Assembly (NCBI GenBank): GCA_041665505.1
Contig: JBAYIR010000001.1
Location: 83,108-147,107, forward strand
DNA length: 64,000 nucleotides
Origin: Patescibacteria group bacterium
Lineage (GTDB): Bacteria; Patescibacteriota; Patescibacteriia; UBA1558; GWA2-36-10
Direction of reading: 5' to 3'
Shown here in pieces: positions 9,690 through 18,420 of this stretch (position 1 is the stretch's first letter; each line of letters opens with the position of its first letter). Made by a program: the position numbers and the translations under genes. A model generated the notes under the pieces. It was not told the origin of the DNA. It did no database searches and saw nothing but the letters and a program-made list of their open reading frames with translations.

Positions 9690-10678
9690 AAAAATTTATT
9701 ATAAAATTAATAGTATTTTTTGGTCTAGCAGTAGCCTTTTGGTTTTTCATTTTGGTCATCAATGGCAACGGTTCAGATGAAAAAACTTTTGTGATTAGAG
9801 AAGGCCAAGGGGTCAACGAAATAAGCCAAGAGCTCTATGATGTCAATCTAATTAAAAATAAATTTGTTTTTGAAACTTGGTTGTGGCTCAAAAAATCAGA
9901 AGGCAAAATAATTGCTGGTGTTTATCAAATGCCAAAAGATATTTCTATTAGACATTTATCCAATTTATTGATGATTGGGCCAGGTCAGGCTCAATATGCT
10001 GTGACATTATTAGAAGGTTGGACTAGAGAATTGATGAAAGATACTTTAGAAGCAGCTGAAATTGATGCCGATAGATTTATTAAGTTGAGCTCTCAGGCTA
10101 GCGATTGGCAAGGTATTTATGATTTTTTAGCAGATGCACCAAGTGAGGCTAGTTTGGAAGGTTATATTTTTCCAGATACTTATTTTGTAGATAAAGCTAC
10201 TAGCGAAGAAGATTTAATCAAAAAAACTCTAAATAATTTTGATAGAAAATTAAATCAGGATTTTAGAGATGAAATAAAAAAGCAAGGTAAGACAATTTTT
10301 GAAGTAGTTACTTTGGCGGCTATTATAGAAAGAGAAGTCCCAAATAAAGAGGACAAAAAAATGATAGCTGATATTTTTCTCAAAAGATTAGTAGCGGGTA
10401 TTGGTCTACAATCTGATGCTACTGTCAATTATGTGACTGGTAAAGGTTTGGCTCAACCTAGCTATGATGATTTGCAAATTGATTCACCATACAATACTTA
10501 TAAATACCGTGGTTTGCCACCAGGGCCAATAGCCAATCCTGGTTTAGATAGTATAGAGGCAGTTATTTATCCCACTAAAAATGATTATTATTATTTTTTA
10601 ACTACTAAAGAAGGGGAAGTAATTTATAGTATAGATTATGAAGAACATTTAGATAATAAAGCTAAATATTTAGATTAA
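9686..10678 (+). CDS. mltG: Endolytic transglycosylase MltG (YceG family)
   Basis: LEGYIFPDTY, AAIIERE, LQSDATV, SPYNTY, GLPPGPIANPG. Confidence 0.95.
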   Translation: MKKFIIKLIVFFGLAVAFWFFILVINGNGSDEKTFVIREGQGVNEISQELYDVNLIKNKFVFETWLWLKKSEGKIIAGVYQMPKDISIRHLSNLLMIGPGQAQYAVTLLEGWTRELMKDTLEAAEIDADRFIKLSSQASDWQGIYDFLADAPSEASLEGYIFPDTYFVDKATSEEDLIKKTLNNFDRKLNQDFRDEIKKQGKTIFEVVTLAAIIEREVPNKEDKKMIADIFLKRLVAGIGLQSDATVNYVTGKGLAQPSYDDLQIDSPYNTYKYRGLPPGPIANPGLDSIEAVIYPTKNDYYYFLTTKEGEVIYSIDYEEHLDNKAKYLD

Positions 10679-10686
10679 TGTAATAT

Positions 10687-10720
10687 AAAAACCTTTAATC
10701 TAGCTAGATTAAAGGTTTTT
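10687..10720. terminator. AT-rich palindromic terminator after mltG
   Basis: aaaaacctttaatctag/ctagattaaaggttttt perfect inverted repeat. Confidence 0.8.
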
Positions 10721-10740
10721 TTATTTTGAGTAAAAAAATG

Positions 10741-10768
10741 AGGCGGGCACCTGTGGGGGTGCCCGCCT
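10741..10768 (-). terminator. GC-rich hairpin closing cassette 2
   Basis: aggcgggcacc...ggtgcccgcct, followed by a T tract on the minus strand. Confidence 0.8.
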
Positions 10769-10797
10769 TTGTGCGACCTGCGGTCGTACTGCGGATG

Positions 10798-11991
10798 TCA
10801 GTCTCCGTTGACCTCACCAATGATCCGGCGATGGTCACTGGTCTGAGCGACCAGTTTTCCGGCGACGATTGATATCGCCACCAGATCTCCCAGGAGAGTC
10901 ATGTCGAGCAGCTCCTGTGAGCCGTCCCGTCGCAGGAGTACCAGTCGGCTAGCCGACTGAACTCTGATCTCCCGGTACTGACCGGGCTCAGGGGCTATCT
11001 CAGCTACCGGCAGCGTCGGCTCTTGGTCGACGACCGGGGGCCAGATCTGCTGGTTGAGATCGACCGGGGGCCAGATCTGCTGGTCGACATCGACCGGGTC
11101 GATGTCCTGCCGAAGTCGGATTTCTCCGCCCTCGGAAGTGGTGGTTCGCGTACCAACTCGGACGTCGTTGCCACACCTCATCAGTGTGAGCGACGACGTG
11201 CCATCGGAAAGATAGCACCGCCAGGCCGGTTGCCAGTCGGGAATGTTCTTCTGCTGGCTTAGACCGCCAGCATAGCTCACCACCATGGGTCCACGTACGT
11301 CGACGGCCTCAATCCGGTCGATGCTCACTTGGCCGGGGAGCTTGGTTGATTCAGCGACCGTCATTGCGTTGCGCTCTACCTCGTACTGCCGAGCGAAGTG
11401 CTCAGCCGCTGTTTGGGCGGTTAGGATGCCGCCTGGCGCCTGATCTGGCCCCGAGTAGGGGTCAGCCATCTGTCGGAGGTAGCCTTCTTCGATCTCGTTT
11501 TGTCGACGATTGTCTTCCGCATCAGCATGCTGGGCCCTCTGGATGCCTTTACCTAGCAGGTAGGCCAGCGTAAACACCGCCATGATGACCGTGATGGCCA
11601 TCATCCAGCGTACCAAGGCGGGTGCCGTGGATCTTTCGGCCTGAGTCGTCGGCAGAGGAGATACAGTGGTGTCGGCCGGAATGGTCGGCACCATAGCATC
11701 GAGGCTAGCTCTTCGGAATTCGAAGAGGCGAACCAATGATGCTGGGATGATCAGCTTGTCACCAGGAATAATCATGTCCGGATCCGCCAGTTGCGGATTG
11801 GACTTGACCAACTCGGCCCACAAGCTCTTCTCTCCGAACGCCACTTGCCACTGACCGAGACGGTCAGCATCATCAACGATATACTCGCCGGATCCGTCGG
11901 CGAGCTTGTAAAGCCCACCTTCCGGAACCTGAGCACCGCAGATGCTGACGATGGTCAGTAGTAGCATGGCGCAGGACAGAATCCGTAGCAT
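10798..11991 (-). CDS. Signal-peptide, LysM-like and TM orphan protein (GC-rich cassette 2)
   Basis: Start MLRILSC at 11991 with GGAGG SD at 11999-12003; LWAELVKSNPQLADPDMIIPGDKLIIP LysM-like motif; central TM; QQIWPPV repeat; promoter TTGACA(12167-12172)-N17-TACAAT. Confidence 0.8.
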   Translation of the reverse strand: MLRILSCAMLLLTIVSICGAQVPEGGLYKLADGSGEYIVDDADRLGQWQVAFGEKSLWAELVKSNPQLADPDMIIPGDKLIIPASLVRLFEFRRASLDAMVPTIPADTTVSPLPTTQAERSTAPALVRWMMAITVIMAVFTLAYLLGKGIQRAQHADAEDNRRQNEIEEGYLRQMADPYSGPDQAPGGILTAQTAAEHFARQYEVERNAMTVAESTKLPGQVSIDRIEAVDVRGPMVVSYAGGLSQQKNIPDWQPAWRCYLSDGTSSLTLMRCGNDVRVGTRTTTSEGGEIRLRQDIDPVDVDQQIWPPVDLNQQIWPPVVDQEPTLPVAEIAPEPGQYREIRVQSASRLVLLRRDGSQELLDMTLLGDLVAISIVAGKLVAQTSDHRRIIGEVNGD

Positions 11992-12203
11992 AATGCTACC
12001 TCCAAAATGAATAGGGGAAACTTCAGTTACAGGGATCTGTAACCGGGAAGATTGAAATGTTTTTCGCTCTTCCCCCAAATACCCTATAGATACTTGGGGT
12101 AAAAGCGAATATTAACTTATAAATTGGCACTATACAATATATAATTGTAACATATTTTTATAATTATGTCAATACAATAAAATTGAGCTTAAGTTGTTTA
12201 TTA

Positions 12204-12232
12204 TTGACAATTATTATATTTTATGATATAAT
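12204..12232 (+). promoter_or_regulatory. Consensus sigma70 promoter of cassette 3, divergent from the cassette 2 promoter
   Basis: TTGACA-N17-TATAAT. Confidence 0.85.
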
Positions 12233-12302
12233 ACTATATTGGTTCGAGAACTGAAGTCTGTAAACCTGGCCAAGAAATTGGCCTTACCAGGAGGAAAGAA
12301 TC

Positions 12303-13037
12303 ATGTTGTTTAACAAGAACACTTCCAAGAAGCTTGCTCAGGGTTTTCTGATTCTGATCGGGTCGTTGTTGATTCTGGCTGTCGTCATCGCCTTGGTCGG
12401 CGAGGCCAAGGCTGGTCCGATTCCGCGCTGGGATCACAACAGTGACATTGGTATCTGGAACGAGAGCACCCACCCGCCGCGGGCAGAGGTCAGACTCAAC
12501 CTGATCAACGCCCAATCCACTGGTGTGGAATCTCGTCTCCAAGGCGTCTGCTACGACCTCCTGGAGAAGAAGGACAAACCCTACTACCTGTACTTGGGCT
12601 TCGGCTTCCAGAGCGGACACCTGGACATCGAACCGGCTCTTGGCTGGTCCTTTCGCGACAATGAGTGGGTGGCGGCCTTTCGCACTTATCCCGAGTGGGA
12701 GAAGTGGCGGGGCTACTCCAACTGCGAGTATCAACTCGAGACCAAGAGCTGGTACTATTTGGCTCAAATCGAAACCCACTTCAACCACTGGGTAGAGTGT
12801 GGTGCCGAGATGGAGGGTTGGGGCGACATCGACGACCAGTTGACCAGCAATGGTGCTGGTATCAATGTTGTTTTCAACACCCATCCGCGGTGGGGCAATC
12901 CGGACTCAAAACTCCGGATAGAAGCTGGCCTTCAGCTCCGAGAGATGGACTCGAAGTACAAACCGCAGCTCATCGTTCGATTCATATTTAGCCCGGAGAT
13001 GGAGGAGCACACGCCAGATCCTAGGAGGTGGAGATGA
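12303..13037 (+). CDS. Exported aromatic-rich, beta-strand-rich orphan protein (GC-rich cassette 3), possible beta-barrel
   Basis: AGGAGG SD; signal peptide ending AKA; alternating strands such as YYLYLGFGF, WYYLAQIET, LRIEAGLQL. Confidence 0.75.
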   Translation: MLFNKNTSKKLAQGFLILIGSLLILAVVIALVGEAKAGPIPRWDHNSDIGIWNESTHPPRAEVRLNLINAQSTGVESRLQGVCYDLLEKKDKPYYLYLGFGFQSGHLDIEPALGWSFRDNEWVAAFRTYPEWEKWRGYSNCEYQLETKSWYYLAQIETHFNHWVECGAEMEGWGDIDDQLTSNGAGINVVFNTHPRWGNPDSKLRIEAGLQLREMDSKYKPQLIVRFIFSPEMEEHTPDPRRWR

Positions 13038-13042
13038 CATTT

Positions 13043-13074
13043 GGCCCGCCGCGTGCAACAGCATGCGGCGGGCC
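13043..13074 (+). terminator. GC-rich hairpin closing cassette 3
   Basis: ggcccgccgcgtgc-aaca-gcatgcggcgggcc. Confidence 0.8.
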
Positions 13075-13175
13075 TCAACTTTTGTCTTAGTTATAACAGG
13101 ATTGACAATATTTTATTTTTACTATATAATAATCACATAAATTCCTAGAAGGGCTAGGAAGTAAATAATTAAATA

Positions 13176-13280
13176 GCCAAAGACAGTAGGTTTCTAGCTA
13201 ATATTAGCCAAGAATTAAATATCCTGCCGAGGTAGAAAATTTTAAGTTTTTCAACTGTCTGCGCTATTTACGCAGATTTT
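13176..13280 (+). promoter_or_regulatory. Ribosomal protein L10 leader (autoregulatory RNA)
   Basis: AAGACAGTAGG...TTAAA...CCTGCCGAGG signature directly upstream of rplJ. Confidence 0.8.
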
Positions 13281-13295
13281 TTTAATAAAAAATAT

Positions 13296-13820
13296 ATGGC
13301 TAAAACGAAAGAACAAAAACAAGTAGCTTTAGAGCTTATACAAGATAAGCTAAAAAATAGTAAATCAGTTATTTTTAGTTCAGATACTGGTTCTAGTGTT
13401 AAAATCATTGAAGAGCTAAGAAGAGAATTAAAACAAAATGATGCTGAATATCTAGTAGTCAAAAAAACTATTCTTAGAAAAGCTACTAAAGATATGGGCG
13501 AGACAGAGCAATTTGATAATTTGGCTGGCTCAGTAGCAGTCACACTTTCTTACGGTGATGAAATAGCTGGAGCAAAAATTTTGAATAAGTATGCCAAAAC
13601 TAGTCAAACTTTAAATCTTGGTGGTGGTATTTTGGAGAATGCTTTCATTATGCCAGAAATGGTCAAAAGATTAGCCACTCTGCCATCCAGAGAAGAATTA
13701 CTAGCCAAGTTGGTGGGCTCACTAAACAGTCCAATCAGAGGTATAGTCGGAGTGTTGGCTGGTACTACTCGCAATTTTGTGGGAGTATTAAACGCTATTA
13801 AAGAAAAAAAATCTAATTAA
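13296..13820 (+). CDS. rplJ: 50S ribosomal protein L10
   Basis: LRRELK, VVKKTIL, LATLPSREELLAKLVG. Confidence 0.96.
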   Translation: MAKTKEQKQVALELIQDKLKNSKSVIFSSDTGSSVKIIEELRRELKQNDAEYLVVKKTILRKATKDMGETEQFDNLAGSVAVTLSYGDEIAGAKILNKYAKTSQTLNLGGGILENAFIMPEMVKRLATLPSREELLAKLVGSLNSPIRGIVGVLAGTTRNFVGVLNAIKEKKSN

Positions 13821-13861
13821 TAAATTTTATATAAAAAATATTTAAGAAAGGATAAAAAAAT

Positions 13862-14266
13862 ATGTCAGAAGAAAAAAAAGACGTAGTAGTGCCTGCAAAG
13901 TTTAAAAGCCTTGTAGAAGAAATTGAAAAAATGTCTGTTCTAGATCTTTCCGAATTAGTGAGTATCTTAGAAGACAAATTTGGTGTTAGCGCTGCTGCCC
14001 CAATGGCTATGATGGCTGCTCCAGCTGCCGGTGCCGGAGAAGCTGCTGAAGAAAAGACTTCATTTAATGTTGAACTTACTTCATCTGGTAGCAACAAAAT
14101 TGCTGTTATCAAAGCTGTTCGTGAAATCACCCAACTTGGCTTAAAAGAAGCCAAAGATATGGTTGATGGTGCTCCAGTTAATGTCAAAGAAGGCGTCAGC
14201 AAAGAAGAAGGTGCAGAAATCAAGAAAAAATTAGAAGAAGCTGGTGGAGCTGCCACTTTGAAATAA
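13862..14266 (+). CDS. rplL: 50S ribosomal protein L7/L12
   Basis: [34 protein letters not shown]. Confidence 0.98.
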   Translation: MSEEKKDVVVPAKFKSLVEEIEKMSVLDLSELVSILEDKFGVSAAAPMAMMAAPAAGAGEAAEEKTSFNVELTSSGSNKIAVIKAVREITQLGLKEAKDMVDGAPVNVKEGVSKEEGAEIKKKLEEAGGAATLK

Positions 14267-14276
14267 AATTTACATT

Positions 14277-14310
14277 AAAAAAACACCCAGTCTATGAAGG
14301 GTGTTTTTTT
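14277..14310. terminator. Bidirectional terminator
   Basis: aaaaaaacaccc...gggtgttttttt between convergent genes. Confidence 0.7.
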
Positions 14311-14322
14311 GTTAGTAAAAAT

Positions 14323-16434
14323 TTATTCGTTTACCGCTAATAAGTATAGATGTTGGTTATTTAGTAGGTAAATAGCTTTTTCTTCAGGGTCAATAGCCAA
14401 GTCTTTCAAATTATCAAATTTTTGACTAGCATATTGATCTTTGATATTGCCATCTTTGTTTAGTATCAAGACCCGATTGTTGCTGGGGTCAATAATATAT
14501 AGATAATCAGAATCTCTAAATGTTTTGATAATAGCGTTTGGACCTATATTTGGTCGTGGAGCGTGATAATCAAATCTTTCTAAAGCGCCTTTTAGAAAAT
14601 TTTTAATAGTTCCATCATTGTCTATAGTGTAGATGCCACCATCAATAGTCAGACTAGAGCTATTTGAAGTATCGAGAGTTTCTTTTAGCCAAGGCTGTCC
14701 ATTGGCAAAGCCACCACCACTTTCGGGATATTTGAATATTTGATTATTTTTATTATCCAAGACATATAGGTTATTGCCATAAATTACCAAATCTTTGACG
14801 GCGGTATTGTCAGTGCTTTGTTTAAAATCACCAGTCATTTGTTTTTGCTCCAAATCAAAGATAATATAAGTTATTTCATTACTAGCACTCAGGCTACTGA
14901 GTACTACTTTGTTTTTTTCTGGCCAGTCAGTCATGGACTGGATTACTTGCCCACCAGCAAAATTAAATACTTCTTCAAAAAGATTATCTTTAATTTGATA
15001 AAGCTTGTTATCACCTAAGACATAAAATAGGCCATTTTTTTGAACAATATCTTGGCTTGATGTCAGCGAAGCACTCATATCAAATAATTCTACGGGAGAA
15101 GGCACTACATAGATATGGCGTATTTTATTAATTTTATGAAAAACAGTCTCAGATAAACTAGTTATTTGTTCTTGTTGGATAGGGGAGCTTGGTTTGAGTG
15201 CGGATATCAAGGCCTGGATTTCCAAAAGTATATTTTCAGCGGCTGCTTCGTCATTGTATATCAATTTAGCGTCCACTTCTTTATATTTATTATCTATTTC
15301 TATGAGTGTGTTATTATAATTTGTATCTTTGTTATCATCAGCTTTTTCTTGAGTCAAAAATACCAAACTTTGTAAAAATATTAGGACAATTACAAATAAT
15401 ATTACTACGGCAATTTTCTTTTTTAGACTTAGATTTTTAAACCAGAAATATTTTTGATGGCTTATTTGTTTTATATCATCTATAGTTTTTTCTTCTTTTT
15501 TTTGTCTAAATTTGGCAGAAAATATAAATAGAAAAAAATATTTTATCTTTCTAGCTAAAAAAGTAAAGATAGAAGCAATAGTTTTACAATATAAGACAAA
15601 CAGCGAGAAAATGGAGCTAGTTTTTTGGACTAGTGGCACGTTTTTTAATCCACTTATATCAACGACAGTTTTGGTGCGAGGCGCGTTAGCGTGAGTGGGA
15701 GAGGGGCTAGTTTTTATGGTATCTGTTGTTTCAAATTCTTCTTGGTCTATTGATTTTCGTATTTCCTCAGGGCTGAGTTCTCGGTCAGTGGGACTTGGTT
15801 TTTTGATAATCAAAGAATTAAATGTTACAAAATCAGGCACTGTTTCTAGCAATTCGTTTATTTTTATCGCTGCTGCTGAAGGCGAGTAATGGTTGACCAA
15901 TTGTCGGACTTTTTCTTTGGAAATATAATCAAATAATGAGTTGGTTGATATAATCAAAGCATCTCCATCATCTAACTCACCACTAATAATATCAGAGAAA
16001 ACCTTACTGGGGTTGATATTATTATTTTTGGCCATAATAGTGGTAATCTGTTTGTTGTGCATCAAAAGACCATTAATATTGCCAATGCCAGCCATATAGA
16101 TACTACTATCATATATAATACCTACAGTCAGGTCTATAGTGTTTATCCAATTGTGTATTTTAATGGCCGCAGCCATTTCTGGTAAGACTTGATTAGCTTG
16201 CTGGAGTATTTCTTCTAGTAGTATTTCCGGATTATCTTGGCCACTGGTATCAAAATATGTGGCTAATTCATTGATCAATTGATCAAGGTAGGGCTGTTGG
16301 TCTATCTTTTGTTTGGGCAATTCCAAAATAATAAACAAACGACCATGATCAGAGGAGTCGCTAGTATATACTTCCGAGAGCTCCCGAGCATTGAGATGGT
16401 CGTGTGTGAATATTTTATGATATTTTAGGCCCAT
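14323..16434 (-). CDS. Membrane protein with a degenerate PP2C-like N-terminal domain and an extracellular beta-propeller
   Basis: SGELDDGDALIISTNSLFDY PP2C-like segment; one TM; repeated LYVLD/LYIID blades. Confidence 0.7.
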   Translation of the reverse strand: MGLKYHKIFTHDHLNARELSEVYTSDSSDHGRLFIILELPKQKIDQQPYLDQLINELATYFDTSGQDNPEILLEEILQQANQVLPEMAAAIKIHNWINTIDLTVGIIYDSSIYMAGIGNINGLLMHNKQITTIMAKNNNINPSKVFSDIISGELDDGDALIISTNSLFDYISKEKVRQLVNHYSPSAAAIKINELLETVPDFVTFNSLIIKKPSPTDRELSPEEIRKSIDQEEFETTDTIKTSPSPTHANAPRTKTVVDISGLKNVPLVQKTSSIFSLFVLYCKTIASIFTFLARKIKYFFLFIFSAKFRQKKEEKTIDDIKQISHQKYFWFKNLSLKKKIAVVILFVIVLIFLQSLVFLTQEKADDNKDTNYNNTLIEIDNKYKEVDAKLIYNDEAAAENILLEIQALISALKPSSPIQQEQITSLSETVFHKINKIRHIYVVPSPVELFDMSASLTSSQDIVQKNGLFYVLGDNKLYQIKDNLFEEVFNFAGGQVIQSMTDWPEKNKVVLSSLSASNEITYIIFDLEQKQMTGDFKQSTDNTAVKDLVIYGNNLYVLDNKNNQIFKYPESGGGFANGQPWLKETLDTSNSSSLTIDGGIYTIDNDGTIKNFLKGALERFDYHAPRPNIGPNAIIKTFRDSDYLYIIDPSNNRVLILNKDGNIKDQYASQKFDNLKDLAIDPEEKAIYLLNNQHLYLLAVNE

Positions 16435-16507
16435 GATTTTACTTTTATAGTAATTAATATTATACTATATTTGGGTATTTTAGTAAATAAATTCTTAGTT
16501 CAGTTTT

Positions 16508-17122
16508 ATGCTTGAACAAATTCTTAGTTCAGTAGCTAGAACCAAAATATTAAAGTTTTTTTGTGTCCATGCACAGGAGAGATTTTTTGTTAGAGAATTA
16601 TCTAGAGCCTTAAATTTACAGCTCAATTCTATCAGACGAGAGCTAGCTAATTTAGAAAAATTTGGTTTTTTGAAATCGGAAGAAGAAAATGGTAAAAAGT
16701 ACTACTATACCAATCAGGACTTCCCTTTATTTAATGAAATTAAAAATTTGGTTTTTAAATCTTTAGTTTTAGAAGAAATGACTATTGCTGGCAAGATGTC
16801 TCAAATACTTGGTTTGAAACTATTAGTATTCACCGGTGTGTTGACTGGATCACTGGCAGCTACTGATGTTTTGATAGTCGGTAATGTCAATAAAAGTAAG
16901 TTTGATAGCTATTTGAAAAAAATTGCTGATGGTTTGCCAGAAGATTTACGTTATACATTTTTATCAGTCAAAGAATATTTGTATAGAATAGATGTCACCG
17001 ATAAGTTTGTTTACAATATCTGGGCCAACAATCATGTAGTAGTAGTTGATAAATTATCAAAAGATATAGAGCAAAAGAGATTTAGTGATTATCAATTCAA
17101 ACATTTTAAAGAAGAGAAATAA
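16508..17122 (+). CDS. Winged-HTH protein with a degenerate nucleotidyltransferase-like C-terminus
   Basis: FFVRELSRALNLQLNSIRRELANLEKFG; FTG...DVLIVG. Confidence 0.75.
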   Translation: MLEQILSSVARTKILKFFCVHAQERFFVRELSRALNLQLNSIRRELANLEKFGFLKSEEENGKKYYYTNQDFPLFNEIKNLVFKSLVLEEMTIAGKMSQILGLKLLVFTGVLTGSLAATDVLIVGNVNKSKFDSYLKKIADGLPEDLRYTFLSVKEYLYRIDVTDKFVYNIWANNHVVVVDKLSKDIEQKRFSDYQFKHFKEEK

Positions 17123-17136
17123 TTAATATTAAAATT

Positions 17137-17340
17137 ATGGAAAAAGTAAAAAACATTTTAACAATCAGTGCTATTATAGCGGTGGTGGTTTCAGCTATTA
17201 TTTTGGTGATGATAATTTTGGAAGTTGGCAGCAGTGTGGAAATGCAAGAATCACTATTGAAAGTTTTACAGGTGATTGGAGTGTTTGCCGCTACAGCTAT
17301 GGTGATTGTGGGTATTATAAATTTGTCCAATAAAAAATAA
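17137..17340 (+). CDS. Small two-TM membrane protein
   Basis: Two hydrophobic helices; operonic spacing. Confidence 0.65.
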   Translation: MEKVKNILTISAIIAVVVSAIILVMIILEVGSSVEMQESLLKVLQVIGVFAATAMVIVGIINLSNKK

Positions 17341-17769
17341 ATGGTTTTAGTTTTAAGTATTTCTAGTAAGGAGCAGGGTGCTTGGTTGGTTGTGCAGGCC
17401 AATAAAATTTTTTTAACTCATAGTTTTGATGTTATCAGAGGAGAGGATAAAAGCTTATTACAGCTACAAGAGATGCTGGATAATAATAATTTAAAGCTAA
17501 AAGATTTCTCCAGTTTTGTTTTGCTGGTTAAAGAGGCTAGTATGACCCAAGTTAAAATATTTACTATCACGGCCAATACTTTAGCTTGGCAATTTAATTG
17601 GCCAATAGTAGCTGATTATTATTTTAAGGAGGACAATACTAAAGTATTACTTAAATTATTAAAAAAATTAGCTAAATTAAAAAAATTTAAAGCTCTTAGT
17701 CCCAAATATAGTCGTCAGGTAGATATTACTATCTCCAAAAAACAAGCTAAATATAAGTTAGTTAAATAA
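17341..17769 (+). CDS. Degenerate TsaB-like protein
   Basis: LQEMLDNNNLKLKDFS...ITANTLAW...P and C-terminal PKYS match short TsaB-like proteins; the GPGSFTG motif is lost. Confidence 0.5.
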   Translation: MVLVLSISSKEQGAWLVVQANKIFLTHSFDVIRGEDKSLLQLQEMLDNNNLKLKDFSSFVLLVKEASMTQVKIFTITANTLAWQFNWPIVADYYFKEDNTKVLLKLLKKLAKLKKFKALSPKYSRQVDITISKKQAKYKLVK

Positions 17770-17846
17770 TTGGTTTTTTATAGCTAAGAAACACTACTTG
17801 GAAAATAGTAGTGTTTCTTGATTTACTTTAGGGAATTATGTTGTAC

Positions 17847-17976
17847 TTATGCACATAATTGGGGATAACTAGGGTTTGTATTTGTGTTGACTCTTTGGCT
17901 AATGGTGGGGTATAATGTATTCAAATGATACAATAGTGGGAAAAAGTGGGGAATTTATAAAAATAACTGTGGATAA
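17847..17976 (+). promoter_or_regulatory. mraZ promoter region with MraZ GTGGG boxes and DnaA-box-like 9-mers
   Basis: TTGACT(17887)-N18-TATAAT(17911); GTGGG at 17905, 17936, 17946; TGTGGATAA at 17968, TTATGCACA at 17847, TGGGGATAA at 17860. Confidence 0.7.
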
Positions 17977-17987
17977 GTCTTCTGCCT

Positions 17988-18419
17988 ATGTTTATTGGTG
18001 AATACAAATATACTTTAGACGATAAGAATCGTTTGGCCTTACCTAGCAAGTTTAGGAATCTTTTTACATCCGGCGCAGTTATTACCAAGGGTTTAGATAA
18101 TTGTTTATTTATATATACAGATAAAGAATGGAAAAAGTTAGCTGATAAATTGGCTAACTTACCTTTTTCTCAAGCTAAGTCTCGAGCTTTTTCTCGTATG
18201 ATGTTAGCTGGAGCTATGGATGTCAGTCTAGATAAGCAAGGTAGAATTATTTTACCGGATTATCTAAAAGAATTTGGAGCTTTGGATAAGAAAGTAGTTA
18301 TTGCTGGTTTATATAATCGTCTGGAAGTTTGGGATGAAAAGATGTGGTCTAAATATCAACGTACTTCCGAGAAAGATTCCAATCAGATAGCTGAAGGTTT
18401 AGTAGATTTAGGAATTTAA
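17988..18419 (+). CDS. mraZ: Transcriptional regulator MraZ
   Basis: MFIGEY, LDDKNRLALP, DKQGRIILP. Confidence 0.97.
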   Translation: MFIGEYKYTLDDKNRLALPSKFRNLFTSGAVITKGLDNCLFIYTDKEWKKLADKLANLPFSQAKSRAFSRMMLAGAMDVSLDKQGRIILPDYLKEFGALDKKVVIAGLYNRLEVWDEKMWSKYQRTSEKDSNQIAEGLVDLGI

Positions 18420-18420
18420 T

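Noticed and set aside
12234-12884. 216-aa minus-strand ORF and other overlapping ORFs in cassettes 2, 3 and 5
   Set aside because: Long alternative frames are expected in GC-rich DNA, and they lack SD or promoter support
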